Source: a virus (taxonomy: Duplodnaviria > Caudoviricetes). Taken from it: a DNA stretch of 64,000 nt. Under the pieces are notes generated by a model that saw nothing but the letters and a program-made list of their open reading frames with translations, made no database searches and was not told the origin of the DNA. The DNA lies in the IMG/VR virus record IMGVR_UViG_3300031998_000052, positions 1 to 64,000 of that record. One strand, 5' to 3'. Every line of letters begins with the position of its first letter. Position 1 is the stretch's first letter. Position numbers and translations under genes: made by a program. Positions 52,601-60,158 of the stretch are shown one piece after another.

Positions 52601-53038
52601 AATCATCTGCTCAAGAGTCTTCCCGGAACGTTCAAGTTCGGCAGAGACCTTCTTGTAATTTGCCAGGACTTGCTGGGCCTCAGCAGACAAATTACCCTTC
52701 TTGTCAAACTTCTGCTTGGAACCCATATTGGCCCATTGCTCACGAAGATAAGCCAGAGTATTGGATAATTTTCGTATGCTCCCATCATTGGACGCAAATT
52801 GGCGGAACTGGTAATCTGCCGCAGCCAGAGCCTGAGACACAAGTTGTATCTCTTTTGCCGCTTTCTCCCAGTTCTTGCTTCCGATCTTGTATTTTGCCAA
52901 GTTCTCCTGGGCTTTAAGAAGCCTATCATTCAACTTGTTAACACTGCTCTCCAGGGGAGCCATTGCCTTGGGCACACGCGCTGCGGCGTCCGCAAACGCC
53001 TTGTCTATATCAATGACAACAGGTATTTCAACTGCCAT
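46697..53038 (-). CDS. tail tape measure protein
   Basis: 2113 aa helical protein with a tape-measure N-terminal domain (AIESPFRIKDLVTYTKQLAAY, LAYGQVRA..L.GQELRQF) and Ala-rich hydrophobic segments. Confidence 0.93.
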   Translation of the reverse strand: MAVEIPVVIDIDKAFADAAARVPKAMAPLESSVNKLNDRLLKAQENLAKYKIGSKNWEKAAKEIQLVSQALAAADYQFRQFASNDGSIRKLSNTLAYLREQWANMGSKQKFDKKGNLSAEAQQVLANYKKVSAELERSGKTLEQMIQEEKRLIDLKKKGAQARQYENAILNTTVKTVRVLQEQERILTDRLNKATIGSSKYEQLRKQLQGVQKELQKAKGATDNYTASLARQSSVLGRLAGQFAAYVSIYSLLRFAKQIRDVTGELEYQRVALGHLIQDEEYGAQLFERIKAAAIESPFRIKDLVTYTKQLAAYRIEQEELFSTMTRLADISAGLGVDMNRLILAYGQVRAASVLRGQELRQFTEAGIPLVDMLAEKFTELNGKVVKTSDVFELISKRAVPFSMIAEIFEDLTEKGGMFYKMQEQQAATLAGRWEKLKDAYDIGLQAVGNTKTFEVYNNIILGTLNFLAKNLRLVPKLIEGASAAWLIYYAATTKARIATRQAAMAEIEEATAKEAQSIANVRGIKNVNAYTYALMRQRVATNALTRSFWKLWAAVVASPVAAAVAAVGAIAAALFLFRKRTDDAANSFQEFDELIEGTSAGLKEVQRFDKLITRYEILASKTELTDKESRRLYQTMSLLQEKFPEVGIGIDNESDALDVQIEKLRELNTQREEEIRLRGEQKLDAERIKREEVGKEIEKLYKKRQRLAENAARLERELAMNDLYLDSKEWKNAKKDIDDVNVSIAEQEELYDKLAKRIEALNRILHPELIESSLNAWQKQIQKMRDITVGDTTSPIFTDDEIEKWNTLDEALDAIAKRKKTVKEREDSLSASIKEQTGEIRDQIQSELDWAVAERVRLEAMEEFFASQSVYAKDIVDNFQGLLLKTYDKDAMKRLGEEMVAAFPKATADLLARPIIDAAKLVEKGWEDAGDGIATVFSSVYDFEDNKGKKHNIMVTPILPDGTVLSPDELDAYVQEIIASSDFKDEHGILLGIDVDEDAGEKLHQMQEEYYSLVALNEKLRGDSANKYLITEKELSVLDDATDVIDLIDKKIGEIDKEVESLANVELDPNISDEAKEEFENFKLDLQTIYEYFQELRGRYTSDVFSGLAKNVQSLFPNLMESAFSGSDKETFSKMGLFSNKDLKDITTIVDLYGLWSRKYKSVNEELEHYNKQLKETIDLELKEKIAATISSLEDQKKALEEMQKTYGFLLKSTGGGGYQQDPWILIYKNRTKFVQDFRKSVEDLDEYMAHSEALSKTRGIMSGRGAALGFDVDAMSGSRQEVLSWYDKTIEEITKKIQKLGGRTWAGLGVQAILAKDTKSRTLKAWQDLLADIFKERTDFDLSQQKADFEAAFIKMKDELKQSEIVRDFYNDILSSTGDAELATSLTVSVYGDVGNDLKERIQTMLNEAFNTFDVSDYDLWDKMRIAIKQQDWGFILKNLDKFSKEWRESVKEMASYSQQQDAKIVKNFADMVSKYGSSVQKIAVIRKRAENEITQIRQALTISLKNPELSEDQKKALRDQAEAIIRALEGQMNLDIFKESDDYIKFFSEINMMTTTEAATVRGQLRQAYLDAFKAGSIGADELRRNLRAVDEQFKKLNENANLFHSYMKDGLDGVIRRMTDYSDTLQVISAKMQRGDSLSSSETEWVNSMIKTFGKSFGGESMENIENLDGLMQSLGGDTAAAGEAMGGMAEGMASAGAEAASVIMIIELVVRAVNDLITSTQQIIDQLNEVRSEENKIGGWFDFVSDFNKYAVKGWNDLKSGNGFAVLADIAGSIISIINNIQKLKVKKLDDEIKNQQDIVKNLEKEYNRLEKAIKDSFGTDYIHNYNASLEKLMATATAYQLMADNERAKGKSADEDKAKSYEDMKYQIEEQIREMQDDLANFFSGTDVTSAAKSFAEAWIDAYKSFGNTTGAIKEKFKEMIDNMVINSLAAAIVQKQLQPIFDMIDKMSKEGEELSEKDIAAIAAETEKKTELINAELTALMQRLASAGINMRGTGNSLTGISKELAGASEQSINGLAAGINTQNFYMSYMPTISADVAAIRSAIEGKAPATSPNSNPVASVSTFGDETFRGQMQRIDENLADMRSMLKSVITPKAANTNTHCVGTK

Positions 53039-53866
53039 GTTTTTGTTCCTCCTCGATTATGAAAGATTGCAATTTTTCGTCTTCGGTCTCCTCCTGGACC
53101 GGCAGTCCAAAGTTACGAAGAATTTGGTTAATTTCCTTCTTGGACTTCTTGGTCTTCGACACGAGAACCAGCTTTTCTTCCTTCTCATAGTCGTAGTCGT
53201 AGTACCCCTTGTCTATCAGGTACATCTGGACGAGATTAGCAGAGTCCAGATACCAGTAGCGGAGCCACGACCAGAAGTTGTAGTTCCCGTAGATTCCTTT
53301 AATTCGCTCGTTGTGTGTGCTCGCCTCGAAGGCGGGGTTTATTTGTCTTCCTTTTTTATCCCCAAAGCGTCCTTCTCCAGCATATTTATCACGTTCTCCA
53401 GCCTCTCGTGCGCTTCTTTTGCGACTTCGCCAACCGGCCTCATAAACAGTTCGCGTTCCTGCCTTGAGAGTTGCCAGTTGGCTTTGGAAAAACCCACGTC
53501 TTCACTGACGGCCCCCGCTCCGTTGATCATAAACGTGACCTCGTTGCCACGCAGTTGCAGGATGTGCCATTTAATCCACCAGACCCAGGGGAAGAAGATT
53601 GCCCAGTTCCCGAGCAGGTAGTATGCGGCTTTCTTGGAGTGGAGCGAATATAGCTTCCGGGTCAGTCTCTTTGCGGCCTTCTGTGATACGCCTTCCTTCC
53701 CTTTGGCCTCCAGAACCTGCGCCTCCTGTTCCAGAAGGGTGATGCGCTCCTTGACTGCCTGGGCCACCTGGCGCACCTTATAGCGGCGTCCCCGCACCGT
53801 GATGGTGCAGGGAGCCTGGCTAATGGTCTCGTACTCACCGGCTATGAATTTATCCGATTTCCGCAT
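53028..53866 (-). CDS. tail assembly chaperone pair (G at 53339-53866; G-T fusion by -1 frameshift to 53028)
   Basis: Slippery heptamer A AAA AAG at 53357-53351 near the end of G. The -1 frame is open from there through MYLIDKG to the stop at 53028, directly before the tape measure gene. Confidence 0.8.
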
Positions 53867-54806
53867 AGTGTTTCCTCAGGATTTCGTCCAACTCGGGAAT
53901 CCAGCCCTCGGGCGAGTTCTGAATCCAAATCTTGCTCTTGAGAGCATTTTCGATGCACCAGATGCGAGGATTGCTCCGATACACGCCACACTTGAAGTTG
54001 TCCTTATCGAAGTCCAGGGCAAACGGCACCCGGTCGGCAAAGTACGTGTTGAAGTAGATGTTCTCCACGATGTAGGACTGGTGGTCGCAGTCGTACTGGT
54101 CGTAGATGGCCAGCAGCTTGTCCCACTCGTAGTAAACCGGAAGGTGGCAGACATAGTTGTGCAGCGGGAGGTTGTGGTTTACGCACAGCAGGCGCGTCTT
54201 CGCCATATCCCTCTGCCAGGGATTGCTGCTATTGAAGTCACCGCCCATGTCTCGCTGGACAATCTTCGGAAGCAGCACCTCCACCATCGTGAAGTTGTTC
54301 ACGGCATACATGTCATCGCAGGCGTAGATGAAGCCCTTGTGGTCCGGGAACATCTCGCGCACCTTGCGGAACTTATGGACGTGATCCAAATGGCAGGTGT
54401 ACTGACCCTCGACCGGCTCGATACGCGGACAATCGATGAACGTGATATCATCGCCAGTGTCAACGATGGGGTGGTAGTCACCGACAATCACGATGTGATG
54501 CGGCTCCTTGAAGTGCTTGCGCCAGCCGGAAACGGCGTACTCCAGTTCACGGCCCTGGGCCGCAGACGCCAGGTAGGGAATGACAACCAGGATACTGTCC
54601 TTGATAACAGCCGCTTTGGCCTCGTCCATGACGCGCTGAACCTCAGCCTCGTCACCAACAATCACGACACCCTCATCCTTCACATCGGCACCCTCTGGAA
54701 TTTCTTTTTCGTCAACCACGGAAACAGATTCCACCTTTGCGGCGTCAATCTCTTCCGGCTTTTCGGCGGGCTTTTTGCCGCCATTCTTTTTATTGCTTTC
54801 TGCCAT
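53850..54806 (-). CDS. nucleotide-sugar transferase-like protein (GT-A / Stealth-like) inside the tail operon
   Basis: LVVIPY, ELEYAVSGWRKHF..HHIVIVGD and GFIYACDDMY resemble the Stealth/GT-A motifs ELRYSLRS and F.Y.NDD. Confidence 0.5.
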   Translation of the reverse strand: MAESNKKNGGKKPAEKPEEIDAAKVESVSVVDEKEIPEGADVKDEGVVIVGDEAEVQRVMDEAKAAVIKDSILVVIPYLASAAQGRELEYAVSGWRKHFKEPHHIVIVGDYHPIVDTGDDITFIDCPRIEPVEGQYTCHLDHVHKFRKVREMFPDHKGFIYACDDMYAVNNFTMVEVLLPKIVQRDMGGDFNSSNPWQRDMAKTRLLCVNHNLPLHNYVCHLPVYYEWDKLLAIYDQYDCDHQSYIVENIYFNTYFADRVPFALDFDKDNFKCGVYRSNPRIWCIENALKSKIWIQNSPEGWIPELDEILRKHYAEIG

Positions 54807-54827
54807 AACTTACTGATTTTGAATTAG

Positions 54828-54862
54828 AAAAGGGGTGGGGATTTGTCCAACCCTCCACCCCT
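54828..54862 (-). terminator. intrinsic terminator after the major tail gene
   Basis: AGGGGTGG...CCACCCCT stem followed by TTT on the minus strand. Confidence 0.65.
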
Positions 54863-54886
54863 CGGATTAGGTTCTCGTACCCGAGA

Positions 54887-55546
54887 TTAGGCACCAGCTC
54901 CGTTGCCAGAGCCACCGCCGTTGCCGTCAAGGTCCTCAGCGGTCACGCTGCCATCGGCATAGGCAACATCGTTGCCAGCGAAGATAGGCATGACGGTCTT
55001 GAGGTTGGCGGTGTCCACGAATTCGGCGGTCACGACCACGTGGATCTTCCAGATCTTGTCACCCCATGCGAGGGAACCGGCCATCTTCGCCTTAGGGAAG
55101 AACAGTGCCTTGTTACCCTCGTCGTTGGTGATGAGGATAGGACGAACCTTCACAGGGAGCCTGTGGCCGAAGCCATAGACCTTGTGGGTGCCATTGCCGA
55201 ACACGGCGGTGATACCGGACTCGGAGGCAACGATTTCCTCAGCGCCAAGGAAGACCTTGAGGAAGTCCGGCTCCAGATCGGCCAGGTCGAAGGAGAACTG
55301 GTGGGTGCCGTTGGAGGCGACGGAGGTGATGACATCACCCTGCTCGTCCAGAAGGTTGTCGAAGGAAACCTCCTCACCGTCCCAGGAAGTAGAGTCCTGC
55401 ACAACCTGGCCCAGGCTAGCGCCGTTGGTCAGGCACTGTGCAATCGTGGTGTCGGCGGTGATGCCGCCTGTGGGGGCGCTGAACACTATGATGTCACCCT
55501 GCCCCGCGAAAAGCTGCTGAGAGCTACCAAGATTCTTTACAGACAT
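54887..55546 (-). CDS. major tail (tube) protein
   Basis: Position before the chaperone and tape measure genes; beta-rich; ends DGNGGGSGNGAGA. Confidence 0.75.
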   Translation of the reverse strand: MSVKNLGSSQQLFAGQGDIIVFSAPTGGITADTTIAQCLTNGASLGQVVQDSTSWDGEEVSFDNLLDEQGDVITSVASNGTHQFSFDLADLEPDFLKVFLGAEEIVASESGITAVFGNGTHKVYGFGHRLPVKVRPILITNDEGNKALFFPKAKMAGSLAWGDKIWKIHVVVTAEFVDTANLKTVMPIFAGNDVAYADGSVTAEDLDGNGGGSGNGAGA

Positions 55547-55548
55547 GA

Positions 55549-56001
55549 TTATTGCGAGTTAAAATTGTTGTTAGTATGCCACATGAGATTGAGCGAAGTG
55601 GTCGAGTAACCGGAAGTCTGATTCGGTGTGGTGGGTGCGGCGAAACGCTCCATGTCGAACTTGAAGAAGAAATTCTGCGTCTTAGCCTTCTCGACGATGG
55701 TGTCAAACTGCTTGAGAATGTTTTTGACGCGGTTCTTTTTGACGGAGCCATCGTCATTCAGCTTGCAGTACAGACTCACCATCAAGTAGCCGTCGGCGTA
55801 GTTCACCTTTGGTCCGAAGCCTCCTACGTTGCCATTGATGTAGATCACAACAAAGTCATCGGGCAGGTTGTTGGTGGGACGCTCCCAGTCTCCGTAAACA
55901 GTGACGGGCGCAGTGCCGCCGCCAGCCTTACCAACCACGATGCGGCCCTGGAGGAAGTCCCTCAGTTCCACATCCGGGTTTATGTCCGCTGCGTGTATCA
56001 T
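55549..56001 (-). CDS. tail terminator-like protein
   Basis: Position and size in the head-tail joining block. Confidence 0.5.
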   Translation of the reverse strand: MIHAADINPDVELRDFLQGRIVVGKAGGGTAPVTVYGDWERPTNNLPDDFVVIYINGNVGGFGPKVNYADGYLMVSLYCKLNDDGSVKKNRVKNILKQFDTIVEKAKTQNFFFKFDMERFAAPTTPNQTSGYSTTSLNLMWHTNNNFNSQ

Positions 56002-56546
56002 TTGGCAAATCGTCTGTTGACAGCCGCGACGGGCCTTGCGCCAGGATGAGCCTTGACGTACTTGAGGACTTCCATGCCTGTCCGCATTTCTGACTCGAAG
56101 GAATTCTGGAGCCAGTTCAGGTACCCCTTGCGCCTACTCGTCTCATTAGCGCCCTCCGCATAAGGGACGGCAACAATGAGGGTCGAGGAAACACCAGTGC
56201 GCGGGTAAGCCTGCTTGCGGACGGCGCGGATAGCCTCTTCCATACCAACAATCCTCTTCCTGTCGGGGGCGTTCTGCGGCCTGGTTGCTTCTTTCGGCAT
56301 GTAAACGGCGCGTACAACGCGACCGCTCTGAGACACGACGGACACGATACTGTCGTGAAGGTTGGCGGTGTAATACGGCAGCAGGTTTTCATTCTGCTGA
56401 ACATAGTCCATGAACCTATTGTTCGCATCCACAAAGATGCCCTGAGCAGTGCGGTTTACACCATCGGCACATGCGAGCAATTCCTTCTGGAACTGCACGC
56501 TTGCGTTCTTCCACCCTTGCAGATGTCTTCCGTGAGTGTAACCCAT
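55998..56546 (-). CDS. neck / tail-completion protein (HK97 gp10-like position)
   Basis: YTANLHDSI..V and VAVPYA motifs; position in the joining block. Confidence 0.5.
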   Translation of the reverse strand: MGYTHGRHLQGWKNASVQFQKELLACADGVNRTAQGIFVDANNRFMDYVQQNENLLPYYTANLHDSIVSVVSQSGRVVRAVYMPKEATRPQNAPDRKRIVGMEEAIRAVRKQAYPRTGVSSTLIVAVPYAEGANETSRRKGYLNWLQNSFESEMRTGMEVLKYVKAHPGARPVAAVNRRFAK

Positions 56547-56549
56547 TGC

Positions 56550-56885
56550 TTAGTCTCCTTGTGCCTGCTTAAGTTCGATTCTCGTGCATTTGATTCCGGC
56601 CCGCCAGGGCAGGTTGATGTCGCGGACAATCTCGGCAATAGCCTTGATCTGGCGCCCCTGCTCAGTCGTGACCGTTATGGAATCGTTTATCATCACCATC
56701 ACGTCATTTCCGTTGAGATAGACGGTGGGACTCCTGGTTATGATGCTCCGGGAATATCCGGTGCCGCCCTCTTCGTAGAGGCACGGCCCGGAATATACCT
56801 CGGAACGGACAGGGTTGTCCCATTCATCCTTCACTCCGGTCAGGCGCTCGATGACGCATTTATCACGAAACTCGATAGCCAACAT
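56550..56885 (-). CDS. head closure protein
   Basis: Small beta-rich ORF after the connector. Confidence 0.5.
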   Translation of the reverse strand: MLAIEFRDKCVIERLTGVKDEWDNPVRSEVYSGPCLYEEGGTGYSRSIITRSPTVYLNGNDVMVMINDSITVTTEQGRQIKAIAEIVRDINLPWRAGIKCTRIELKQAQGD

Positions 56886-57343
56886 TACATTCGCATCCTT
56901 AATGCCGTTGCATCATACATCTCGCTGCTGGTGACACCATCGTCAACAGTCTCCCAGCCCCATTTCTGTCGCAGGGCGTCGGCGAGGTCCTTGAACCGTT
57001 TCCGGTCAGCCATCGTGATGGTGTAACCACCACGGGAGGCGCGGACATCGCCAACCTGCTCGGTGAAGCCGCCACCAGCAAAAACACCCAACATCGAATA
57101 GTACACGGTCGAAGCAGCGTAGTCGAGGCGCATAGTGTACTCCTCGTCGTTCCTCTCCGTCCTCTGGGTCGTTTCCTCACCAGTCTCCGGGTCGGTAACA
57201 GTCTCATCGTAGTAGTCGATGTCTTCGTCCAGAGGAAGTGGGGAAAGCCCCACCTCCTTCGGACTTCTTGCACATCGGGCTACCACGTTGGCCTGGAGGT
57301 CATATCCGGGCACCAGGCTACGCAGGTAATCTTCGACAGTCAT
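56885..57343 (-). CDS. head-tail connector/adaptor
   Basis: First gene after the major capsid gene; MTVEDYLRSL, and ITMADRKRF...A..L..KWG. Confidence 0.55.
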   Translation of the reverse strand: MTVEDYLRSLVPGYDLQANVVARCARSPKEVGLSPLPLDEDIDYYDETVTDPETGEETTQRTERNDEEYTMRLDYAASTVYYSMLGVFAGGGFTEQVGDVRASRGGYTITMADRKRFKDLADALRQKWGWETVDDGVTSSEMYDATALRMRM

Positions 57344-57364
57344 ACTTTCTTCTGGTTAAGAGGT

Positions 57365-58639
57365 TTACGCGCCCTGTTCGCTACCGGAACCACTGCCACC
57401 GCCACTGCCGCTGCCGGAGCCTTCCGGGGCGGTGTAGGTGATGACATAGAACATCTCCTTCGGGCGGGTAGGCACGCAGAGACCGTAGAACTCGGACCAC
57501 CAGTCCTGAGTCTTCGCTTTCACGTCGTACTCGTACTGGATGATGCCGCGACCCTCGAAGAAGGTGGCGTAGATGGCATCGCCGTCGGGCAGCAGAGCCA
57601 TAGCGGTCTTGATGGTGCCGAGAGGACCTGCGGGATAGAGGACGTAGGTGTCGGCGTTGAAGGTGCGGAAAGCCTTGGTGACAAGTTTGGCGTTGATGCC
57701 CTTGCCTTCCAGGCGCTCGACTGCGGTGAGACCCTTCTTGAACTTGATGTTCGCGAGAGGCAGGCCGATAAGGGCTGCGAAGTTGACCTTGACTTCCTCG
57801 TCGGTGGCGTTGTTTCCAACGATCAGGGCGTTGGCGTCATTGGCCGGAGTCAGAAGCAGGTCGCGACGCATACGATAACCGATCTGCTTGCGGATCACGG
57901 GATGCTCCATATCGTCGAGGAAGGACAGTTCGTCCACCTCCATCATGATGGTGCTCTTGTCGTAACCCTTGCGGATCATGTTGCGGATGGTCTTGCGCAG
58001 GACGGCGATGAGGTCAACGTTGAGGTTGGCCGTATCGGCGGTCTTGTTCTCGGGGTCGGAGAACATGTTCGCGGTGCGGGTGATGTTCTCGTCAGGGACA
58101 GCGGCCATGAACACCAGACCCTTGATACCACGAGGGTTGTTGTTGGCGTCCAGAACGAGACCACGGTTGGAAACCATCTGGTCACGCTGATACAGCATGG
58201 ACAGTTCGTGGGCGTTCTTGATGTCGGTGAGGCCGTTGAAGAGCAGATCCAGGGCATACTCGCGGGCTGTCTGATTCTGGAACTGAATCTTGGACAGGGC
58301 GTCCAGATAGTTCCGGTAATCGTCCGAATCCCAGAAGAAGCGGGCCTTCTGGCAAGGGATGACGCCTTCCGTCATCTCGAATCCCTTGGTACCCAGAGGG
58401 ATGACCTCGGAATCCTTGTCGGCGTAGGTGGCCATCACCTTGAGCTTGTTGGACATCAGCAGCTGCTTGAAGTCGAAGGTGATGCTGGAGTACGGATCCC
58501 AGGAGAAACCGTCGAGGTCCATGTCCTGAGAGTTACCGAAACCGATAACATCGGTTACGTAGAGGTCGAAACTTTCGGCAGAAAGAATACCGGCCTCTGC
58601 CATGAGGGTGCGGAACCCTTTATTGTACTTGTGAGCCAT
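57365..58639 (-). CDS. major capsid protein
   Basis: 424 aa, strongly biased codon use, follows the scaffold and decoration genes; ends APEGSGSGSGGGSGSGSEQGA. Confidence 0.8.
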   Translation of the reverse strand: MAHKYNKGFRTLMAEAGILSAESFDLYVTDVIGFGNSQDMDLDGFSWDPYSSITFDFKQLLMSNKLKVMATYADKDSEVIPLGTKGFEMTEGVIPCQKARFFWDSDDYRNYLDALSKIQFQNQTAREYALDLLFNGLTDIKNAHELSMLYQRDQMVSNRGLVLDANNNPRGIKGLVFMAAVPDENITRTANMFSDPENKTADTANLNVDLIAVLRKTIRNMIRKGYDKSTIMMEVDELSFLDDMEHPVIRKQIGYRMRRDLLLTPANDANALIVGNNATDEEVKVNFAALIGLPLANIKFKKGLTAVERLEGKGINAKLVTKAFRTFNADTYVLYPAGPLGTIKTAMALLPDGDAIYATFFEGRGIIQYEYDVKAKTQDWWSEFYGLCVPTRPKEMFYVITYTAPEGSGSGSGGGSGSGSEQGA

Positions 58640-58654
58640 AATTCTTTTCTCCTA

Positions 58655-59287
58655 TTATTCGTTTTCGTACTCGAAGGTGATACCGGTGATGGCTTCCTTG
58701 TAGAAGTCGAGCATCTCGGGGATGCGGTCTCCAAGGATCTGGCCCTTGGTCACGACAGCGACGGTTCCAGCGTAGGCACCATCGTTGCTGACGTAGATTT
58801 CACGCCAGGACAAACCGGTAGGTTTCTGGAGAGCGACATTGCTGCCAGCGGCCTTGGCCACATACAGCTTGTCACCTTTGGAGAGGGCACCGAGGGAGTT
58901 GGCCTCGATGGCGAAGGAACCGGATTCGGCGTCGTAGGCGCCGATGGCAGCGGCCTTGGTCAGGCCGTCCTTGCTGTCGTTCAGGACGCCGAGGATGAAG
59001 CCCTCCTCGGGGACAGCGTTATTGGTTCCTTTCAGCTTGATGGAAGTGGAAGCGGAAGTGATGGCTTCCTGGACCTCATAGGAATCCAGGAACACAGCCT
59101 TTCCACCCATCACGGGCAGGTAAACCGGAAGTGCGAGAGGAATCTGCGTACCCTTGGGCAGACCGACAAGGCTGACGGTACCACCGGCAAGTTTACGCTC
59201 TTTCACCTCGATCCACACGGGCATCCTTTCGGCAGGATACGCGGTTACGACCGGCTTAAAATGGACGTTTCCAAGATTGTTTCCCAT
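58655..59287 (-). CDS. capsid decoration/cement protein
   Basis: 210 aa between the scaffold and major capsid genes. Confidence 0.55.
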   Translation of the reverse strand: MGNNLGNVHFKPVVTAYPAERMPVWIEVKERKLAGGTVSLVGLPKGTQIPLALPVYLPVMGGKAVFLDSYEVQEAITSASTSIKLKGTNNAVPEEGFILGVLNDSKDGLTKAAAIGAYDAESGSFAIEANSLGALSKGDKLYVAKAAGSNVALQKPTGLSWREIYVSNDGAYAGTVAVVTKGQILGDRIPEMLDFYKEAITGITFEYENE

Positions 59288-59313
59288 TTTTGTGAAAGGT
59301 TACTGGTTAAAAA

Positions 59314-60045
59314 CTACTGTTGCTCGGCAGGCTTGACGCCGTGACGGGCGTCCTGGCGGGCTTTCTCGGCCTTCCAGTCGGTCACGCCCTTCTCGGTGTT
59401 GTTCGGATCAGCCTCGAAAGGCTTGCTCGTATCAACGCCCAATTTGGACACGGCCTTGTTGAAATAGCCTTCTGCCTTCTGGGACAGTTCGTCGGCAGAC
59501 ATCTTACTGCCAGTCGCCTCGTTCAGTTCAGTCGCCCGTTCCCATGCCTCGTCGGCCTGATCTTTGTAATGCTTGGCGTAATCGCCACCAAAGAACTTGG
59601 CCCTGGCGGTTTCAAGAGCGTTCTTCGCTGCCTGATTCGACTCGAACCCGTCAATCTTGTCCTGGAGAGGTTTGACGGCTGCTGCTACTGCGGCCTGGAC
59701 GATGGCGGCGATGTCGCCTTTGCCAGAACCGCTGTCGCCGTGGCCGGAGCCACTGCCGCCGCCAGAACCGTCGCCGGAACCAGATTCCGGGTGTGCTGCC
59801 TTGTAAGCATCAAAAGCACTCTGCGTGGTGGTCCTCTTGGTGATTTCCTGGTCGCGATGCTTCATCAACTCATCGGCAACGAGCCTCATGGTCTCGGCGT
59901 CCGTAAGGGCGGCTTCCACCTGGGACTCTTCGGTGACAGTCTTTTCTCTCGCTGAGGCAATCCTGTCAATAGCCTCGTTACTCAGCCCGAAACGCTTGAT
60001 TTCAGATTTCGCCCTGAGTCCTTCTACGATTTTTTCTTTGAACAT
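59314..60045 (-). CDS. capsid scaffolding protein
   Basis: Helical, charged, with a Gly/Ser linker; start moved to the ATG at 60045. Confidence 0.6.
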   Translation of the reverse strand: MFKEKIVEGLRAKSEIKRFGLSNEAIDRIASAREKTVTEESQVEAALTDAETMRLVADELMKHRDQEITKRTTTQSAFDAYKAAHPESGSGDGSGGGSGSGHGDSGSGKGDIAAIVQAAVAAAVKPLQDKIDGFESNQAAKNALETARAKFFGGDYAKHYKDQADEAWERATELNEATGSKMSADELSQKAEGYFNKAVSKLGVDTSKPFEADPNNTEKGVTDWKAEKARQDARHGVKPAEQQ

Positions 60046-60076
60046 ATATGTGTGATTTAGAAATGATATTCCGGTG

Positions 60077-60154
60077 CAAAAATAGGAGATTTTTTTCAAA
60101 TCAGCAAAGTTTGGCACGTAATTTGTAAAAAATCACCCCTTTTTCGTATCTTTG
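60077..60154. promoter_or_regulatory. back-to-back promoters for the head-tail and terminase-portal operons
   Basis: Minus strand: TTTG(60108-05)-N20-TATTTTTG(60084-77). Plus strand: TTTG(60122-25)-N21-TATCTTTG(60147-54). A sigma54-like TGGCACG-TAAT-TTGTA lies at 60112-60127. Confidence 0.7.
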
Positions 60155-60158
60155 CGGT

